Below are positions 21,839 through 24,183 of a DNA stretch of 24,183 bases, piece by piece (position 1 is the stretch's first letter; every line of letters starts with the position of its first letter). The translations under genes and the position numbers were made by a program. The notes under the pieces are model-generated. The model ran no database searches, had not been told where the DNA came from, and was given only the letters and a program-made list of their open reading frames with translations. Source of the stretch: Candidatus Iainarchaeum sp. (GTDB lineage: Archaea; Iainarchaeota; Iainarchaeia; Iainarchaeales; JAZDEL01); contig JAZDEL010000007.1 of NCBI GenBank assembly GCA_043808785.1, positions 1 through 24,183 on the forward strand, read 5' to 3'.

Positions 21839-22093
21839 GCACCGCGGCAACGCGGTGCGTGTTCGCAACCGCAAGGTTGCGGGATTGCGCAGCGGCGACG
21901 TTGTGCATTTGCGCAACCGCAAGGTTGTGCTTTGCACGTCCTTCGGGATGTGCACACGCGTAGGTGAGCGCGTGCGGAAATACGCTTTTTGCGTATGCAT
22001 CCGCATCCGTTTTTCCCGCGCGGAAAAATCTCACGGAAAAGTGAGCGCCCTGGCTTTTCTCGGCGTGATGTTTTTTCCGGAGCAAAGCTCCGG
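21839..22093 (+). other. highly structured 16S 5' leader (external transcribed spacer) with repeated GCAA-tetraloop hairpins
   Basis: GCACCGCG-GCAA-CGCGGTGC (21839-58). CGCAACC-GCAA-GGTTGCG (21864-81). GCGCAACC-GCAA-GGTTGTGC (21911-30). TGCACGTCC-TTCG-GGATGTGCA (21933-54). GCGGA.ATACGC-TTTTT-GCGTAT...TCCGC (21974-22004). CTCAC-GGAAAA-GTGAG (22030-45). CCGGAGC-AAA-GCTCCGG (22077-93). The 16-mer CGCAACCGCAAGGTTG occurs exactly twice (21864, 21912). Confidence 0.7.
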
Positions 22094-22167
22094 CTGCAGG
22101 TAAACTGCAAGTTATGCAAACCAAACAATTCCGTTAAGCGGATGAACCCATAAAAGGGTTTCAGCAA

Positions 22168-23650
<1,483 letters not shown>

Positions 23651-23948
23651 TTCTAAGGAGTATTCCTTAGCTGATTATTCTGATGCTATAAGTGCCAATC
23701 CCGATCCGCCTCGGCGGATACGGGAATTAGCCAACCGGTTATCGGATTAGTCAGATAGGGTCGATGTGCGCACGTCAGCTTCGGGCTGACACGCACTTTA
23801 TCCGGAATTAACGCCTATCCCGCCTGCCCCGTACCCGTCCTGCGAAAGCAGAATGGATATACGAGACAGGTCTCAGTCCTGCGAGTACGAATATCATTCG
23901 ATATTTCGAAAGTGGTACTGGGGTCACTATTCATAGGTCAAAGAAAAG

Positions 23949-23978
23949 ACACTTCTGTTGGGAAGTGTTTTTGTTTTG
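23949..23978 (+). terminator. hairpin plus T-tracts about 300 nt downstream of 16S
   Basis: ACACTTC-TGTTGG-GAAGTGT followed by TTTTGTTTTG. Confidence 0.5.
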
Positions 23979-24010
23979 TCATTCCGGAACCCGTCACAGA
24001 TTTTGCAATT

Positions 24011-24032
24011 AAAAAAACACCATTTCGTGGTG
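24011..24032 (-). terminator. hairpin plus T7 after the small membrane-peptide ORF
   Basis: Minus strand: CACCA-CGAAA-TGGTG followed by TTTTTTT, starting 10 nt after the TGA of the 24042-24173 ORF. Confidence 0.5.
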
Positions 24033-24041
24033 CAAAGAAGT

Positions 24042-24173
24042 TCACTTGAGAGCGATGCCAGTCGCGAAGACTCCAATAAAGGCTATTGCGGGCGCGAGAC
24101 CGATCAGGATGCCCCAAGGGAATAGAGGGATTCCATATCTCCCTGCTCTCCAATACCATTCTCTCAGCGACAT
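24042..24173 (-). CDS. 43-aa hydrophobic peptide (candidate small membrane protein)
   Basis: Not in the ORF track. Minus strand: AGGAGGT (24177-24183, a perfect complement of the 16S 3' end) is followed 3 nt later by the ATG at 24173. MSLREWYWRAGRYGIPLFPWGILIGLAPAIAFIGVFATGIALK*, with one clear TM segment. A hairpin plus T7 terminator follows. Confidence 0.45.
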   Translation of the reverse strand: MSLREWYWRAGRYGIPLFPWGILIGLAPAIAFIGVFATGIALK

Positions 24174-24183
24174 AAAACCTCCT

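Noticed and set aside
21170-22167. Minus-strand ORFs of 181-191 aa (21170..21745, 21579..22124, 21604..22167) and + ORFs 21607..21816 and 21807..22103
   Set aside because: They lie in the 16S leader or antisense to the SLT gene. The translations are Arg/Cys/Pro-rich, mutually overlapping in different frames, and cut through the hairpin array and the TATA boxes. I interpret the region as a non-coding rRNA leader.
21443-22167. C/D-box sRNA, RNase P RNA, SRP RNA or 5S rRNA hidden in the long spacers (also checked in 19493-19700 and 20578-20728)
   Set aside because: I found no RUGAUGA...CUGA box pairs with appropriate spacing, no GAGGAAAGUCC (RNase P CR-I) and no SRP or 5S consensus segments. 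The hairpins remain unassigned.
23651-24041. Spacer tRNA (tRNA-Ala) or start of 23S after the 16S
   Set aside because: There is no GGGC..acceptor / GTTCRAATC T-loop pattern and no 23S 5' consensus. The region consists of hairpins ending in a terminator-like structure.
23938-24159. 73-aa minus-strand ORF from the track
   Set aside because: It reads through both terminator hairpins (24011-32 and 23949-78) and lacks an SD. The overlapping 43-codon frame starting at 24173 has a perfect SD and ends before the terminator, so I prefer that frame.

Overview
Gene-dense archaeal chromosomal window, moderately GC-rich by eye (not computed). Archaeal hallmarks: flap endonuclease FEN1, tRNA-splicing endonuclease EndA, a UbiA-type DGGGP synthase, ribosomal proteins eL40 and eL41, TATA-box promoters, and an archaeal 16S rRNA ending in GGATCACCTCCT. 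The 16S differs from common 'universal' primer sites at several positions. Together with the compact, overlapping genes, this suggests a deep-branching, possibly DPANN-like lineage (inference only).

Layout, left to right:
- arsR / COG0701 permease / thioredoxin-fold operon (-)
- secreted Cys-rich lipoprotein and a 58-aa DUF1931-like protein (+)
- divergent endA / trpS pair
- an uncharacterised RHH / 330-aa Q-rich protein / USP-like cluster (-)
- trxB (-)
- fen1 and an Fe-alcohol dehydrogenase (+)
- a tightly packed DGGGPS / HTH regulator / pcm / folC string (-)
- thiM-thiE-thiC-thiL operon (+)
- eL40 (-) and an intron-containing tRNA-Glu (+)
- a membrane protein translationally coupled to eL41
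- an SLT-domain lytic transglycosylase
- a long structured leader, then a 16S rRNA gene that appears unlinked to a 23S gene

I see no CRISPR array, transposase, integrase or recognisable defence or toxin system. The most unusual signals are all sequence-level:
1. A 34-nt D-loop intron in tRNA-Glu with a textbook bulge-helix-bulge motif.
2. A ~75-nt nested-palindrome element inserted in frame inside trxB, with similar hairpin modules in intergenic DNA.
3. A bacterial-type lytic transglycosylase in an archaeal context.
4. Several small genes missed by the 60-aa ORF cutoff (eL40, eL41, a DUF1931-like protein, a 43-aa membrane peptide).

All family assignments come from motif recognition by eye. 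No searches were run.
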